Shown here: positions 31,472 through 41,493 of the stretch, one piece after another
Position numbering within the stretch: the first letter of the stretch is position 1
Layout: each line of letters starts with the position of its first letter
NCBI GenBank assembly: GCA_902601235.1
Contig: CACKMG010000001.1
Location: forward strand, 32,539 to 96,538
Length of the DNA stretch: 64,000 nt
Reading direction: 5' to 3'
Source of the DNA: an uncultured Pelagibacteraceae bacterium
Lineage (GTDB): Bacteria; Pseudomonadota; Alphaproteobacteria; Pelagibacterales; Pelagibacteraceae
Notes under the pieces: generated by a model
What the model was told of the DNA's origin: nothing
Database searches by the model: none
What the model saw: only the letters and a program-made list of their open reading frames with translations
Position numbers and translations under genes: made by a program

Positions 31472-32218
31472 TTAATTTTTTTTTATTTCACCTTCATCTG
31501 TATGGACATGGTCGTGCTTATGTTCATATCTTGATAATATTTGAAAAGCTTGTTCACCAAATAAAGCTTTATATTCATTATTTTTTGCAACATCCATTGG
31601 AGAACCTGAGCAACAAACATGACCGTTTAAACAGACAACATGGTCAGTGGCTGTCATTACAGTGTGTAGATCATGAGAAATCAATAAGATACCACAACTT
31701 AATTCATCAGAAATTTTCTTAATTAGTTCGTATAAAGCAATTTCACCAGTAAAATCTACTCCTTGAACTGGTTCATCAAGAACCAATAAGTCTGGTTTTT
31801 TTGATATAGCTCTTGCAAGTAAAACTCTTTGAAACTCACCACCAGATAGATCTCCTAGATTTTTATCTTTAAGATGAATAACACCAGTTAAAGACAAAGC
31901 TTCATCAATTGTCTCTTTATTAAGACTTTCAGTTAATACCATGAAATCATTTACTCTTAGCGGTAACGTCCAATCAATTGAAATTTTCTGCGGAACATAT
32001 CCAACTTTATTGGTATATTTTTCAACTGAACCATCAATTTTTTTGTAAATACCTAAAGCAATTTTAGCTGTTGTGCTTTTTCCTGATCCATTTGGACCTA
32101 TAAGAGTGACTATTTTACCTTTTTCAACTTGAAGTGAGACTCCTTTGACTAACCATTTGTTGTTTAACTGTAAACCAGCATCATTTAATTTTACCAATAT
32201 ATTTTGATCAGTGCTCAT
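31472..32218 (-). CDS. znuC: zinc ABC transporter ATP-binding protein
   Basis: GPNGSGKS, LSGGEFQRVLLARA, DEPVQGVD, CLNGHVCCSG, His tail. Confidence 0.96.
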   Translation of the reverse strand: MSTDQNILVKLNDAGLQLNNKWLVKGVSLQVEKGKIVTLIGPNGSGKSTTAKIALGIYKKIDGSVEKYTNKVGYVPQKISIDWTLPLRVNDFMVLTESLNKETIDEALSLTGVIHLKDKNLGDLSGGEFQRVLLARAISKKPDLLVLDEPVQGVDFTGEIALYELIKKISDELSCGILLISHDLHTVMTATDHVVCLNGHVCCSGSPMDVAKNNEYKALFGEQAFQILSRYEHKHDHVHTDEGEIKKN

Positions 32219-32238
32219 TTTATTTCTTGACTAATAAG

Positions 32239-32271
32239 TGTTATACTATTACATAGTGTTATATTATAACA
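32239..32271. promoter_or_regulatory. two tandem Zur boxes in the znuC/znuA divergent promoter
   Basis: TGTTATA-C-TATTACA (32239-32253) and perfect TGTTATA-T-TATAACA (32257-32271) match the proteobacterial Zur palindrome. Confidence 0.82.
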
Positions 32272-32288
32272 TTTTAAATAAACAATAT

Positions 32289-33341
32289 ATGAAAAACATA
32301 AAGAAATTACCATTAATCCTATCAATATTATCATTCTTAACAATTTTTGTGCCAGCAAACGCTGAAATTAAAGTAGTGGCAACAATAAAACCAATCCATT
32401 CTCTTGCAAGTTATCTAATGGATGGTGTTGGTAAACCAGATTTAATCGTTGATGGTTATGCTTCACCACATGGATTTGCTCTTAAACCATCACATGCAAA
32501 AATGATTCAAAATGCAGATATTATATTTTGGGTAGGAGAGGACATAGAAAATTTCTTAGAAAAACCATTAAAAACTATTGCAAAAAAAGCTGAGAAAATT
32601 GAGTTAATGGAAATCAAAGGTTTAACTAAACTTAAATTTAGAGAGAGAAATATTTTTGAAGAGCACGATCATGGGCACAAAGAAGATGATCACGATGATC
32701 ATGCAAAAAAAGAAGATGATCACGATGATCACGACCATGATAAAAAGGAAAAAGAACATGGCCATGATGAACACGGACATGATGATGATCATAAAAAGGA
32801 AGGTCACGATGATCACGGACATGAAGGACACGCGCATGGCGAATTTGATCCACATATTTGGTTGGATCCAATGAATGCAAAAGTAATTTTAAGTGAAATG
32901 GCAGAGCATTTAATTGAAAATGATCAAAAAAATGAGGCTAAATATAAAGCAAATTTAAAAAAGGCACATAAAGATTTAGATAATCTTACTAAAAAAGTAA
33001 AATCTGAATTAAATAAAGATTTTAAATCAATAGTTTTCCATGATGCATATCAATACTTTGAAAAAAGATTTGGCATTAATATTTTAGGTGCATTTACTGT
33101 AAATACTGATGTTATGCCAGGTGCTGAGCAATTAGCTGAGATTAGAGAAGTAATTGAGCATGATAAAGTTAGTTGTATATTTTCAGAGCCTCAATTTAAT
33201 CCTGATATAATAAAAGCAGTAGCGAAAGATACTAATGTTGCAACAGGTGTAATCGATCCATTAGGAGCTACACTTGATCCAGGTAAGGATTTATATTTTG
33301 ATTTAATAGGTAATATGTCAAAATCTTTCAAAGGTTGTTAA
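32289..33341 (+). CDS. znuA: zinc ABC transporter substrate-binding protein
   Basis: TIKPIHSL, ASPHGF, His/Asp-rich loop, DPHIWLDP, VFHDAYQYFE; start moved to ATG 32289 (signal peptide; upstream GTG lies in the Zur boxes). Confidence 0.95.
   Translation: MKNIKKLPLILSILSFLTIFVPANAEIKVVATIKPIHSLASYLMDGVGKPDLIVDGYASPHGFALKPSHAKMIQNADIIFWVGEDIENFLEKPLKTIAKKAEKIELMEIKGLTKLKFRERNIFEEHDHGHKEDDHDDHAKKEDDHDDHDHDKKEKEHGHDEHGHDDDHKKEGHDDHGHEGHAHGEFDPHIWLDPMNAKVILSEMAEHLIENDQKNEAKYKANLKKAHKDLDNLTKKVKSELNKDFKSIVFHDAYQYFEKRFGINILGAFTVNTDVMPGAEQLAEIREVIEHDKVSCIFSEPQFNPDIIKAVAKDTNVATGVIDPLGATLDPGKDLYFDLIGNMSKSFKGC
32661..32840 (+). repeat. low-complexity His/Asp-coding repeat in znuA
   Basis: AAAGAAGATGATCACGATGATCA at 32679 and 32709 (30-nt period) plus further GATCAC/GATCAT units. 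Confidence 0.85.
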
Positions 33342-33383
33342 TTAAAAATTGATCTTTAGTTATAAATAATATCTAATAATGGG

Positions 33384-34382
33384 ATGAGTACAGTTTCCCT
33401 TACATTAGATGAAATATTTGATTTAGCTAAAAAAACCTTATTAGCTAATGGTTGTGATGATGAAACAGCTTCTATTTTGTCTGACCTAATTAGAAATGCT
33501 GAACGAGATGGGTCTTTATCTCATGGTTTATTTAGATTACCTGCATATGTAAGTGGTTTAAAAAGTGGAAAAATTAATGGCAAAGGAAAGCCAGAGGTTA
33601 AAAAAATTTCACCATCAGTTATTAAAGTTCAAGGGAATAATTGTTTAGCACCTGTAGTTTTAAATAAAGGGTTGCCCGAATTAGCTAAAGCAGCAAAAGA
33701 AAATGGTGTAGCAGTTCTTGCTATAAATAATTCTCATCATATGGCTGCTATGTGGCCTGAGACAGAAAAATTAGCAGAAGAAGGTTTAGTTGCTTTTGCT
33801 TGTACTTCATACAAGCCTGCAGTAGCACCTGCTGGAGCAATCAAACCATTGTTTGGAACAAATCCAATTTCATTTGCTTGGCCAAGACCAGGAAAAACTC
33901 CTGTAGTTTATGATATGGCAACAGCATCAATGGCAATGGGTGAAGTGCAAGTTGCTAAAAGAGAAGGGCATAAAGTTCCACTTGGAACTGGTTTAACTAA
34001 AGATGGTAAAGAGACAACTGATCCAGGCGCAATAGCAGATGGAGGTGTGTTACTTCCTTTTGGAGGTTATAAAGGTTCAGCAATAGCAATGATGGTTGAA
34101 TTAATGGCTGGCGCTTTAGTTGGTGACAATTTTAGTTTCGAAACAGCTGCAAAAGATAATTATGATGGCGGACCCCCAAGTGGAGGAGAATTCATTTTAG
34201 CAATTTCTCCAGAAAAAACTTCCGGTACTAATTGGCAAAAACATGCTGATGAATTTTTTGATAAGATGAAATCATTTGATGGAGTAAGACTTCCAGGTGA
34301 AAGAAGACATAAAAATAGATTAAATAAAGGTCCTCGAAATATTAACGAAGAGCTAGTAAATAAAATAAAATCTTTAAGCTAA
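33384..34382 (+). CDS. Ldh_2 family oxidoreductase (ComC/AllD/DpkA-like); substrate uncertain
   Basis: SHGLFRL, GTNPISFA, DMATAS, PFGGYKGS, RLPGER motifs. Confidence 0.9.
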   Translation: MSTVSLTLDEIFDLAKKTLLANGCDDETASILSDLIRNAERDGSLSHGLFRLPAYVSGLKSGKINGKGKPEVKKISPSVIKVQGNNCLAPVVLNKGLPELAKAAKENGVAVLAINNSHHMAAMWPETEKLAEEGLVAFACTSYKPAVAPAGAIKPLFGTNPISFAWPRPGKTPVVYDMATASMAMGEVQVAKREGHKVPLGTGLTKDGKETTDPGAIADGGVLLPFGGYKGSAIAMMVELMAGALVGDNFSFETAAKDNYDGGPPSGGEFILAISPEKTSGTNWQKHADEFFDKMKSFDGVRLPGERRHKNRLNKGPRNINEELVNKIKSLS

Positions 34383-35150
34383 AGTAATTTCAATTGGTGT
34401 ATGATCTGATGGTTTTTCTCGACTCCTTGGATCTTTATTAATATTTATGCTTTTAACTTGATCAATTAAAGAATTTGAAACTAAGAAGTGATCAATTCTC
34501 ATGCCATTATTTTTTTGCCAAGCACCTCTCATGTAATCCCAAAAAGTATATCCTTCTTTAGTCTCGTTAAAATGTCTATAAACATCATTAAAACCTAGAT
34601 TAATCATTTCTCTTAACTTTTTTCTTATTTCTAATCTAAATAAAGCATCATCCTTAAAACTTTTTGGATTATAAACATCTTCTGCCGCTGGAATGATATT
34701 AAAGTCACCAGCAAGAATGATATTTGAATTTTTTTTACTCAATGCTTTTAATTGTTTTATTAAATTATCAAGCCATTTCTTTTTATAATCATATTTTTCT
34801 GTATCTACAGGATTACCATTAGGAGTGTAAATATTTATTAACTGAATATTCTTTTTCTTATACTCAAGTTCCGCTGAAATTATTCTCGATTGTTTTAATT
34901 TGTCTTTAATTAAATCTGTTCTAATATTTTTTAATTTTCCTTTAGAGATAATAGCAACACCATTATAGCTTTTTTGACCAAATACATGACTTTCATAATC
35001 CATTGCTGAAAAATCGTCATAAGGAAAATTCACATCCTCAGTCTTAATTTCCTGCATCATAACAATGTCTGGTTTATACTTTAAAAGATAACTTTTAATA
35101 TTTTCAATACGAGCTCGAACAGAATTTACATTCCACGAGGAAATAATCAT
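34374..35150 (-). CDS. xth: exodeoxyribonuclease III
   Basis: SWNVNSVRAR, QEIK, GQKSYNGVA, GDFNI, RIDH, SDH; true start likely ATG 35150. Confidence 0.96.
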   Translation of the reverse strand: MIISSWNVNSVRARIENIKSYLLKYKPDIVMMQEIKTEDVNFPYDDFSAMDYESHVFGQKSYNGVAIISKGKLKNIRTDLIKDKLKQSRIISAELEYKKKNIQLINIYTPNGNPVDTEKYDYKKKWLDNLIKQLKALSKKNSNIILAGDFNIIPAAEDVYNPKSFKDDALFRLEIRKKLREMINLGFNDVYRHFNETKEGYTFWDYMRGAWQKNNGMRIDHFLVSNSLIDQVKSININKDPRSREKPSDHTPIEITLA

Positions 35151-35467
35151 TAAAGTGAGAAAGAGACACCACAACCACAAGAGGATTTTGTTTGCGGGTT
35201 TGTAATTTTGAATTGCTCACCAATTAATTCAGATACATAGTCAATTTCTGATCCTTTTAAAAGATCAGCAGAAGTTTTATCAATTATTATATTTTCATAA
35301 TTTAAATCATCTGCCGCTTTTTCCTTATCAAAAGTAAATTCATATTGAAAGCCTGAACAGCCACCACCTTTGATAGCGATTCTAAAAAAAGACCCTTTGT
35401 CTTTTTTAGATAATAAAACATTGATCTGTTTTAGTGCTTTATCAGTAAATTTAATTTCTTTAATCAT
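35150..35467 (-). CDS. erpA: iron-sulfur cluster insertion protein (ErpA/IscA, HesB family)
   Basis: GGGCSGFQY and CGCGVSF motifs. Confidence 0.9.
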   Translation of the reverse strand: MIKEIKFTDKALKQINVLLSKKDKGSFFRIAIKGGGCSGFQYEFTFDKEKAADDLNYENIIIDKTSADLLKGSEIDYVSELIGEQFKITNPQTKSSCGCGVSFSL

Positions 35468-35517
35468 AATTCATCACTGGTATTACTAATATAATACTAA
35501 AATTTTTAATTTAAAGG

Positions 35518-36636
35518 ATGAAAAATTACTCAAAGATAGGTCAATTTAAAAGTAAAGGAAGATTATTTAAGGAGTCTTTATCGAAATATAGAACGCCATT
35601 TCAAAGAGATAGAGATCGTATAATTCATAGTGCATCATTTAGAAGATTAAAACATAAGACTCAGGTATTTGTTAATACCGAAGGAGATCATTACAGAACA
35701 AGAATAACTCATTCTATGGAAGTTGCTCAAATAGCAAGATCAATTGCCCGTTATCTAAATTTAAATGAAGATCTAGCAGAAACCTTAAGTCTTGCTCATG
35801 ATTTGGGTCACACACCTTTTGGACACGCTGGTGAAGAAGCCTTAAATGAATGCATGGAGGAACATGGTGGTTTTGATCATAATTTACAAACCTTAAGAGT
35901 TGTTATGTTTTTAGAAAATAAATATCTAAAATTTAATGGACTTAACCTTTCAATTGAAACATTAGAAGGATTATTAAAACATAATGGTCCTGTGGATAAT
36001 TTAGATTTAGTTGAGAGTTTAATTGGTGTAAAAAAATTTAGGAATATGATCAATTTTGATACTTATCCATCATTAGAAGCTCAAATTTCATCTATCTCTG
36101 ATGATATAGCTTATAACAATCATGATATTCAAGATGGAATTAATGCAAATTTATTTAAATTGGATGAGTTGGTTGAAATTAATTTTTTCAGAGATATTTA
36201 TAAAAAATATAAGAATAAGATTAATAAAAATAATTATAAAATTGCAACATATCAAATTATAAGAGACTCCATTGATTTAATGATAAAGGATTTGATAAAT
36301 AATACAAAAAATAATCTTAATTATAATAAGGTAAAAAACGTAAAAGATATTAACAAAACAAAATTTTTAATGGTAGATTTTTCCGATAATATTAAAAATT
36401 CTGAAAATGAAATAAGATTTTTTCTAAAAACTAAAATGTATAATAATAAAGATGTTTTAGCTAAAAATAACGAAGGTATGACAATTATTAAAAGACTATT
36501 TAAAAGAATTAAATTAAATCCAAAAACACTAATTGATAAAAATCAACTTAATAATAATAAATATAGAGCTATTTCAGATTTTATATCAGGAATGACAGAT
36601 AGATATGCAATTAACTTAGATAAGAATTTAAAATGA
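35518..36636 (+). CDS. dgt: deoxyguanosinetriphosphate triphosphohydrolase
   Basis: RTPFQRDRDRI, RRLKHKTQV, HDLGHTPFGHAGE, SGMTDRYA. Confidence 0.95.
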   Translation: MKNYSKIGQFKSKGRLFKESLSKYRTPFQRDRDRIIHSASFRRLKHKTQVFVNTEGDHYRTRITHSMEVAQIARSIARYLNLNEDLAETLSLAHDLGHTPFGHAGEEALNECMEEHGGFDHNLQTLRVVMFLENKYLKFNGLNLSIETLEGLLKHNGPVDNLDLVESLIGVKKFRNMINFDTYPSLEAQISSISDDIAYNNHDIQDGINANLFKLDELVEINFFRDIYKKYKNKINKNNYKIATYQIIRDSIDLMIKDLINNTKNNLNYNKVKNVKDINKTKFLMVDFSDNIKNSENEIRFFLKTKMYNNKDVLAKNNEGMTIIKRLFKRIKLNPKTLIDKNQLNNNKYRAISDFISGMTDRYAINLDKNLK

Positions 36637-38366
36637 ATATTTTTGAAAAATACTTGGACAATATAAAGAAAACTCTATTAGATCTCTCAAAAAGTGGAGT
36701 TTTGATTTTACCTGATGCACTTGATGGAATTACAGCAGAAATACCACCCTCTAAATTTGACAGTGACATTTCAACAAATGTTGCGATGGTTTTGTCTAAA
36801 TTGAATAAGAAATCTCCGATTGACCTCGCTAATGTTTTGTCTGATGAAATAAAAAAAAAGGATGAATTAATTGACGAAATATCTGTAGTAAAACCTGGTT
36901 TTATTAATATTAAATTTAAACCAATTTTTTGGACAAACTTTATTAAAGAAATAATTCAAAATTCTAGGTCTTTTGGAATAAATAATATAGAAAATAAAAA
37001 AAACTATTTGATTGAATTTGTTTCTGCAAATCCTACTGGACCTTTACATGTTGGTCATTGTAGGGGAGCTATCTTAGGTGATGTTATTGCAAATGTATTA
37101 CTGTTTAACAAACATAAAGTAACCAAAGAATATTATGTGAATGATTATGGTAATCAGATAATTAATTTTACAAAATCTGTTTATTTTAGAATAAGAGAAA
37201 TTTCTTATAACGAACCATTTCCGAATAATGATGAAAATTTATATCCTGGAGATTATTTAATAGATTTTGCTAAAAATATTTTAGAATCTAATAAAGATAT
37301 TGATTTTAAAGATTTTGATAATATTTCAGAAAAATTGACAGTATTATCTATTGAAGAAGCATTAAAATTGATTAAAAAAAATCTTAATAGCCTTGGTATT
37401 AATCACGATAATTTTGTAAGTGAGAAAAAATTAGTTGCAAATCAAGAAGTTGAAAAAGTAATTGATATTCTTCAAAAGAATAAATTTGTTTATAAAGGAA
37501 AAATTAAAGCTCCAGCTGGAGAAGATAATAATAACTGGGTTGAGCGTGAACAATTACTTTTTAGATCTACAGATTTTGGAGATGACAAAGATAGAGCTTT
37601 ACAAAAATCTGATGGTGCATGGACCTATTTTGCAAGTGATGTTGCTTATCATAAAAACAAATTAGATAGAAATTTTGATTATCTCATTAATATTTTAGGT
37701 GCTGATCATGCTGGATATATCAAAAGAATATCATCATCAGTAGAGGCTTTATCGAATTCAAAAAATAAAGTAATTTGTAAAGTTAGTCAGTTAGTTAAAT
37801 TAATTAAAGATAAAAAACCGTTTAAAATGTCAAAAAGAAAAGGAGATTATATAACTGTAGATGATTTAATAAATGAAGTTGGAAAAGATGCTACTAGATT
37901 TATAATGTTGAACAGAAGTAGTGACGCAGAACTTGATTTTGATTTTGATAATGTTATTGAAAAATCTAAAGATAATCCTCTTTATTATGTCCAATATTGT
38001 TATGCTAGAATAGCATCTGTTTTTAGACATATTGATAGAGATATAAAATCAGATGTAAAAATTGATAAGTATGATTTTGAATATTCTAAAGATGAAATTG
38101 ATATTTTAAAAAAGATATCAGAATGGCCAAAATGCATAGATGTATCAAGTAAGAAACTTGAGCCTCATAGAATACCAACTTACTTATACGAGCTAGCATC
38201 CTTATTTCATTCATATTGGAATTTAGGAAAAGATGATGCAAACAAAAGATTTATTAACGAACAAAAGAAAATTAATAACGATAAATTGATTTTTCTAAAA
38301 GTAATTTCAAATGTAATTAAATCTGGGATGGATATTGTAGGCGTGTCAGTGCCAGAAAAAATGTAA
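36633..38366 (+). CDS. argS: arginine--tRNA ligase
   Basis: EFVSANPTGPLHVGH, GADH, MSKRKG, YVQYCYAR. Confidence 0.98.
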   Translation: MNIFEKYLDNIKKTLLDLSKSGVLILPDALDGITAEIPPSKFDSDISTNVAMVLSKLNKKSPIDLANVLSDEIKKKDELIDEISVVKPGFINIKFKPIFWTNFIKEIIQNSRSFGINNIENKKNYLIEFVSANPTGPLHVGHCRGAILGDVIANVLLFNKHKVTKEYYVNDYGNQIINFTKSVYFRIREISYNEPFPNNDENLYPGDYLIDFAKNILESNKDIDFKDFDNISEKLTVLSIEEALKLIKKNLNSLGINHDNFVSEKKLVANQEVEKVIDILQKNKFVYKGKIKAPAGEDNNNWVEREQLLFRSTDFGDDKDRALQKSDGAWTYFASDVAYHKNKLDRNFDYLINILGADHAGYIKRISSSVEALSNSKNKVICKVSQLVKLIKDKKPFKMSKRKGDYITVDDLINEVGKDATRFIMLNRSSDAELDFDFDNVIEKSKDNPLYYVQYCYARIASVFRHIDRDIKSDVKIDKYDFEYSKDEIDILKKISEWPKCIDVSSKKLEPHRIPTYLYELASLFHSYWNLGKDDANKRFINEQKKINNDKLIFLKVISNVIKSGMDIVGVSVPEKM

Positions 38367-38629
38367 TGTATAAAGAAATCAAATATTTATTTTTTATTAT
38401 CTTAATTTTTTTATTTTTATTTTTTATTGGCAAATATTATTTTTCTGATGCTTATAAAAAAAAATCTTATAGATCCTTAAACAATATAGATAGTAAAATT
38501 AGTTTTTATGTAAAAAAATTACCTATTTTAGAAGATAATAGTAAGAACGTAGTTGAATATATCGAACAATCAAATAACAAAAAAAAGAAAAAATTTAATT
38601 TTTGGAAATTATTAGAAACAAATGAATAA
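38366..38629 (+). CDS. small membrane-anchored hypothetical protein (occupies the ftsN/SPOR slot)
   Basis: 87 aa, N-terminal TM; overlaps both argS stop and nagZ start. Confidence 0.75.
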   Translation: MYKEIKYLFFIILIFLFLFFIGKYYFSDAYKKKSYRSLNNIDSKISFYVKKLPILEDNSKNVVEYIEQSNNKKKKKFNFWKLLETNE

Positions 38630-39569
38630 TCGTCGTTCATTTATTGTAGGAATAAAGTCTACAAAACTTTCTAATAAAGAAAAATTATTTTTAAAAAAAT
38701 ATAAACCTTGGGGTGTTATTTTATTCACTCGAAATATTAAGAGTATTCAACAAACAATTAAGTTAACATCATCAATTAGAAAAATTTTTAATGATAAATA
38801 TTATCCATTATTAATTGATCAAGAGGGAGGTCGTGTTAATAGATTAAAAAATATAATTTCCTTTGGAAATCTTACTTCAGAATTTTTTGGTAATATATAT
38901 AGAAAAAAAACACATAATTTTGAAACAATCTATAAGCTTTTTATTGATAAAACTTCGTATTTACTGAGATTAATGGGCATAAATATTAATACAGTTCCTG
39001 TTTTGGATATAAGAGTTAAAGGTGCTTCAAATATAATTGGTGATAGATCATTTTCAAAAAATCCAAAAATAATTTCTCGAATTGGTGATTACTGTATTAA
39101 AAATTTTCACCAAAACAGAATTGGAACTGTTATAAAACATATTCCGGGACATGGGCATGCAAATGTTGATAGCCACTATTTTACACCAGTAATCAATAAG
39201 AAAATTAGTTATTTAACTAAAAAAGATTTTTCTACCTTTAAGAATAAAAACAGTTTTTTTGCTATGACTGCACATGTAATTTTCAAAAGAATTGATCAAA
39301 TAAATACAGTTACTCATTCCAATAAAATTATTAAACTTATTAGAAATAAGATTGGTTTTAAAAATATTCTTATTTCAGACGATTTATCCATGAAAAGTCT
39401 GAAAGGTAGTATTAAAGAAAATACAATTAAAACGTTTAAAGCTGGATGCAACTTAGCTCTACATTGCAATGGAAATTTGAAAGAAATGGAAATTATTGGA
39501 AAAAATTCTCCTTTTGTAGACAATTTTATAATTAAAAAAACATCACAATTTTACAAAATTTTAAGATAA
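38622..39569 (+). CDS. nagZ: beta-N-acetylhexosaminidase (GH3)
   Basis: GVILFTRN, IDQEGGRV, KHIPGHG...DSH, SDDLSM. Confidence 0.93.
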   Translation: MNNRRSFIVGIKSTKLSNKEKLFLKKYKPWGVILFTRNIKSIQQTIKLTSSIRKIFNDKYYPLLIDQEGGRVNRLKNIISFGNLTSEFFGNIYRKKTHNFETIYKLFIDKTSYLLRLMGININTVPVLDIRVKGASNIIGDRSFSKNPKIISRIGDYCIKNFHQNRIGTVIKHIPGHGHANVDSHYFTPVINKKISYLTKKDFSTFKNKNSFFAMTAHVIFKRIDQINTVTHSNKIIKLIRNKIGFKNILISDDLSMKSLKGSIKENTIKTFKAGCNLALHCNGNLKEMEIIGKNSPFVDNFIIKKTSQFYKILR

Positions 39570-39578
39570 TATTGCATT

Positions 39579-40313
39579 ATGTTAGAAAATGATTCCTTAT
39601 TTAATGTAAATATTGAAAATTATAATGGCCCACTGGAAGTATTACTTGATTTGGCAAAAGCTCAAAAAGTAAATTTAGAGGATATATCAATTACAAAATT
39701 AGCAGATCAATTTTATCAATTTATTACAAAAGAAAAAAATCTCAATTTAGAAGTTGCATCAGAATATTTGTTAATGGCAACATGGTTAGCTTATTTAAAG
39801 TCAAAATTATTACTACCAGGCACTCCAGAAGAAGAATTTAAAATTCAAGAAGTTGCACAAAAATTAAAATTACAATTAAAGAAATTAGAGTTAATCAGAT
39901 TATTATCTGATCAAATGTTAAAAAGAAAGAGATTAGGAAAAGAAATCAGAACAAGAGGATCTAAAGGTGGTTTTCGTTCAATATATAATAGTGAATATAA
40001 AATAAGCCTTTATGAATTATTAAAAACCTACTCCACAATAATTATGACAAAAGATTTTCAGAAAATTAACATTCCTAAATTGCCCGTCTTTACAACAGAG
40101 GAGGGCATAAAAACAATTAAAGAATTCTTTGGAAAACTTTTAGATTGGAAAAAATTAGATGAACTTATTCCATCAAGCTTTAAAAATTCAAAATATAAAA
40201 ATACTGGAAAAGCTGGAATTTTTGCAGGGTCACTAGAATTAGTTAAAGAAGGCAATTTAAAAATGAAACAAAAAAAACTTTTTGAGGATATTTATATTAA
40301 AGAAAACAAATGA
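39579..40313 (+). CDS. scpA: segregation and condensation protein A
   Basis: GPLEVLLDL, EYLLMATWLAYLKSKLLLP, LELVKEG. Confidence 0.94.
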   Translation: MLENDSLFNVNIENYNGPLEVLLDLAKAQKVNLEDISITKLADQFYQFITKEKNLNLEVASEYLLMATWLAYLKSKLLLPGTPEEEFKIQEVAQKLKLQLKKLELIRLLSDQMLKRKRLGKEIRTRGSKGGFRSIYNSEYKISLYELLKTYSTIIMTKDFQKINIPKLPVFTTEEGIKTIKEFFGKLLDWKKLDELIPSSFKNSKYKNTGKAGIFAGSLELVKEGNLKMKQKKLFEDIYIKENK

Positions 40314-41011
40314 TAAGAAAAAAAATAAATAAGAAAGATAATATTATTAATTTTCCTTCTAAATTGTCTCAAATTGAAAAAGAAGTTGAAGCTATTATTT
40401 TTGCAGCTGCAGAACCTTTAAACATAGAAACAATTGAAAGTAAGATTTCAAAAAAAACTAATGTTTTAAAAATTTTAGAAAAATTACAAAAAGAATATTC
40501 AACTCGTGGCATAAATTTAGTCTGCATATCAAAAAAATGGTCATTTAGAACATCAGCAAATTTATCAAATTTAATGGCTCAAGAAAAAACTGTAGAAAAG
40601 AAATTATCAAAAGCTGCAATCGAAACATTAGCAATAATTGTTTATCACCAACCAGTTACTAGATCTGAAATAGAGGAAATTAGAGGTGTTGCTTTTGGTA
40701 CGAATACAGTTGAAATTTTAATGGAGTTAAATTGGGTCAAACCAGGTGGGAGAAAAGATGTTCCAGGAAAACCAATTCAATATGTTACAACTGATGATTT
40801 TTTAAGTCATTTTAATTTACAAAAATTATCTGATTTACCTACCGTTGATGAATTAGGCGCTGCAGGTCTTATTGATAGTACAAACATTGATAATGCCATA
40901 TTTGGAACTGGTAAATTCTATAAAGAGAAACAAAGTGATAAAAAAGAGGACATTTATTCAAATATTGACGAAATGCTAAGCAGCACTCTTGATACTGAAG
41001 AGAACAAATAA
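40310..41011 (+). CDS. scpB: segregation and condensation protein B
   Basis: EAIIFAA, LSKAAIETLAIIVYHQPVTRSEIEEIRGV, FL.HF.L..L.DLP. Confidence 0.95.
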   Translation: MIRKKINKKDNIINFPSKLSQIEKEVEAIIFAAAEPLNIETIESKISKKTNVLKILEKLQKEYSTRGINLVCISKKWSFRTSANLSNLMAQEKTVEKKLSKAAIETLAIIVYHQPVTRSEIEEIRGVAFGTNTVEILMELNWVKPGGRKDVPGKPIQYVTTDDFLSHFNLQKLSDLPTVDELGAAGLIDSTNIDNAIFGTGKFYKEKQSDKKEDIYSNIDEMLSSTLDTEENK

Positions 41012-41074
41012 GAGTATTTTTTGGTTCAAAAAAAGTCACTTTTAAAATATTATTAAAAAGGATATAAGATTTGT

Positions 41075-41275
41075 ATGAGTATAGGAATTTGGCAAATAGC
41101 AATTGTTGTAATACTAGTAGTTTTACTTTTTGGAAGAGGAAAGATTTCTAGTTTAATGGGCGATGTTGCTAAAGGTATTAAAAGTTTTAAAAAGGGAATG
41201 GCATCAGATGTTACTGATGAGCAAGAGCCCAAAAATATTTCCGAAGATAATCAAGACCCAAATAAAAAAGAATAA
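41075..41275 (+). CDS. tatA: twin-arginine translocase TatA
   Basis: [25 protein letters not shown]. Confidence 0.96.
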   Translation: MSIGIWQIAIVVILVVLLFGRGKISSLMGDVAKGIKSFKKGMASDVTDEQEPKNISEDNQDPNKKE

Positions 41276-41280
41276 ATCAC

Positions 41281-41493
41281 ATGCCTACTATTGGTTGGTT
41301 TGAGATTTTAATTGTAGTAGCGATTGCTATCGTAGTTCTCGGTCCAAAAGATTTTCCAATAATGTTAAAAAAAGTTGGTTCTTGGATTGGTACAGCAAAG
41401 AAATATGTAAATAACATTCAAAATGAAGTTTCTAATATTGATTTAGAAGAAAAAAATATAGATAAAAAAGAAGATAAAAAAGATGAGTCATGA
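41281..41493 (+). CDS. tatB: twin-arginine translocase TatB
   Basis: GWFE...VVLGPKDFP; between tatA and tatC. Confidence 0.92.
   Translation: MPTIGWFEILIVVAIAIVVLGPKDFPIMLKKVGSWIGTAKKYVNNIQNEVSNIDLEEKNIDKKEDKKDES

Noticed and set aside
32622-32880. Three alternative-frame ORFs (72-80 aa) over the znuA His loop
   Set aside because: Produced by the low-complexity GAT/CAC repeat lacking stops; no RBS; wholly inside znuA
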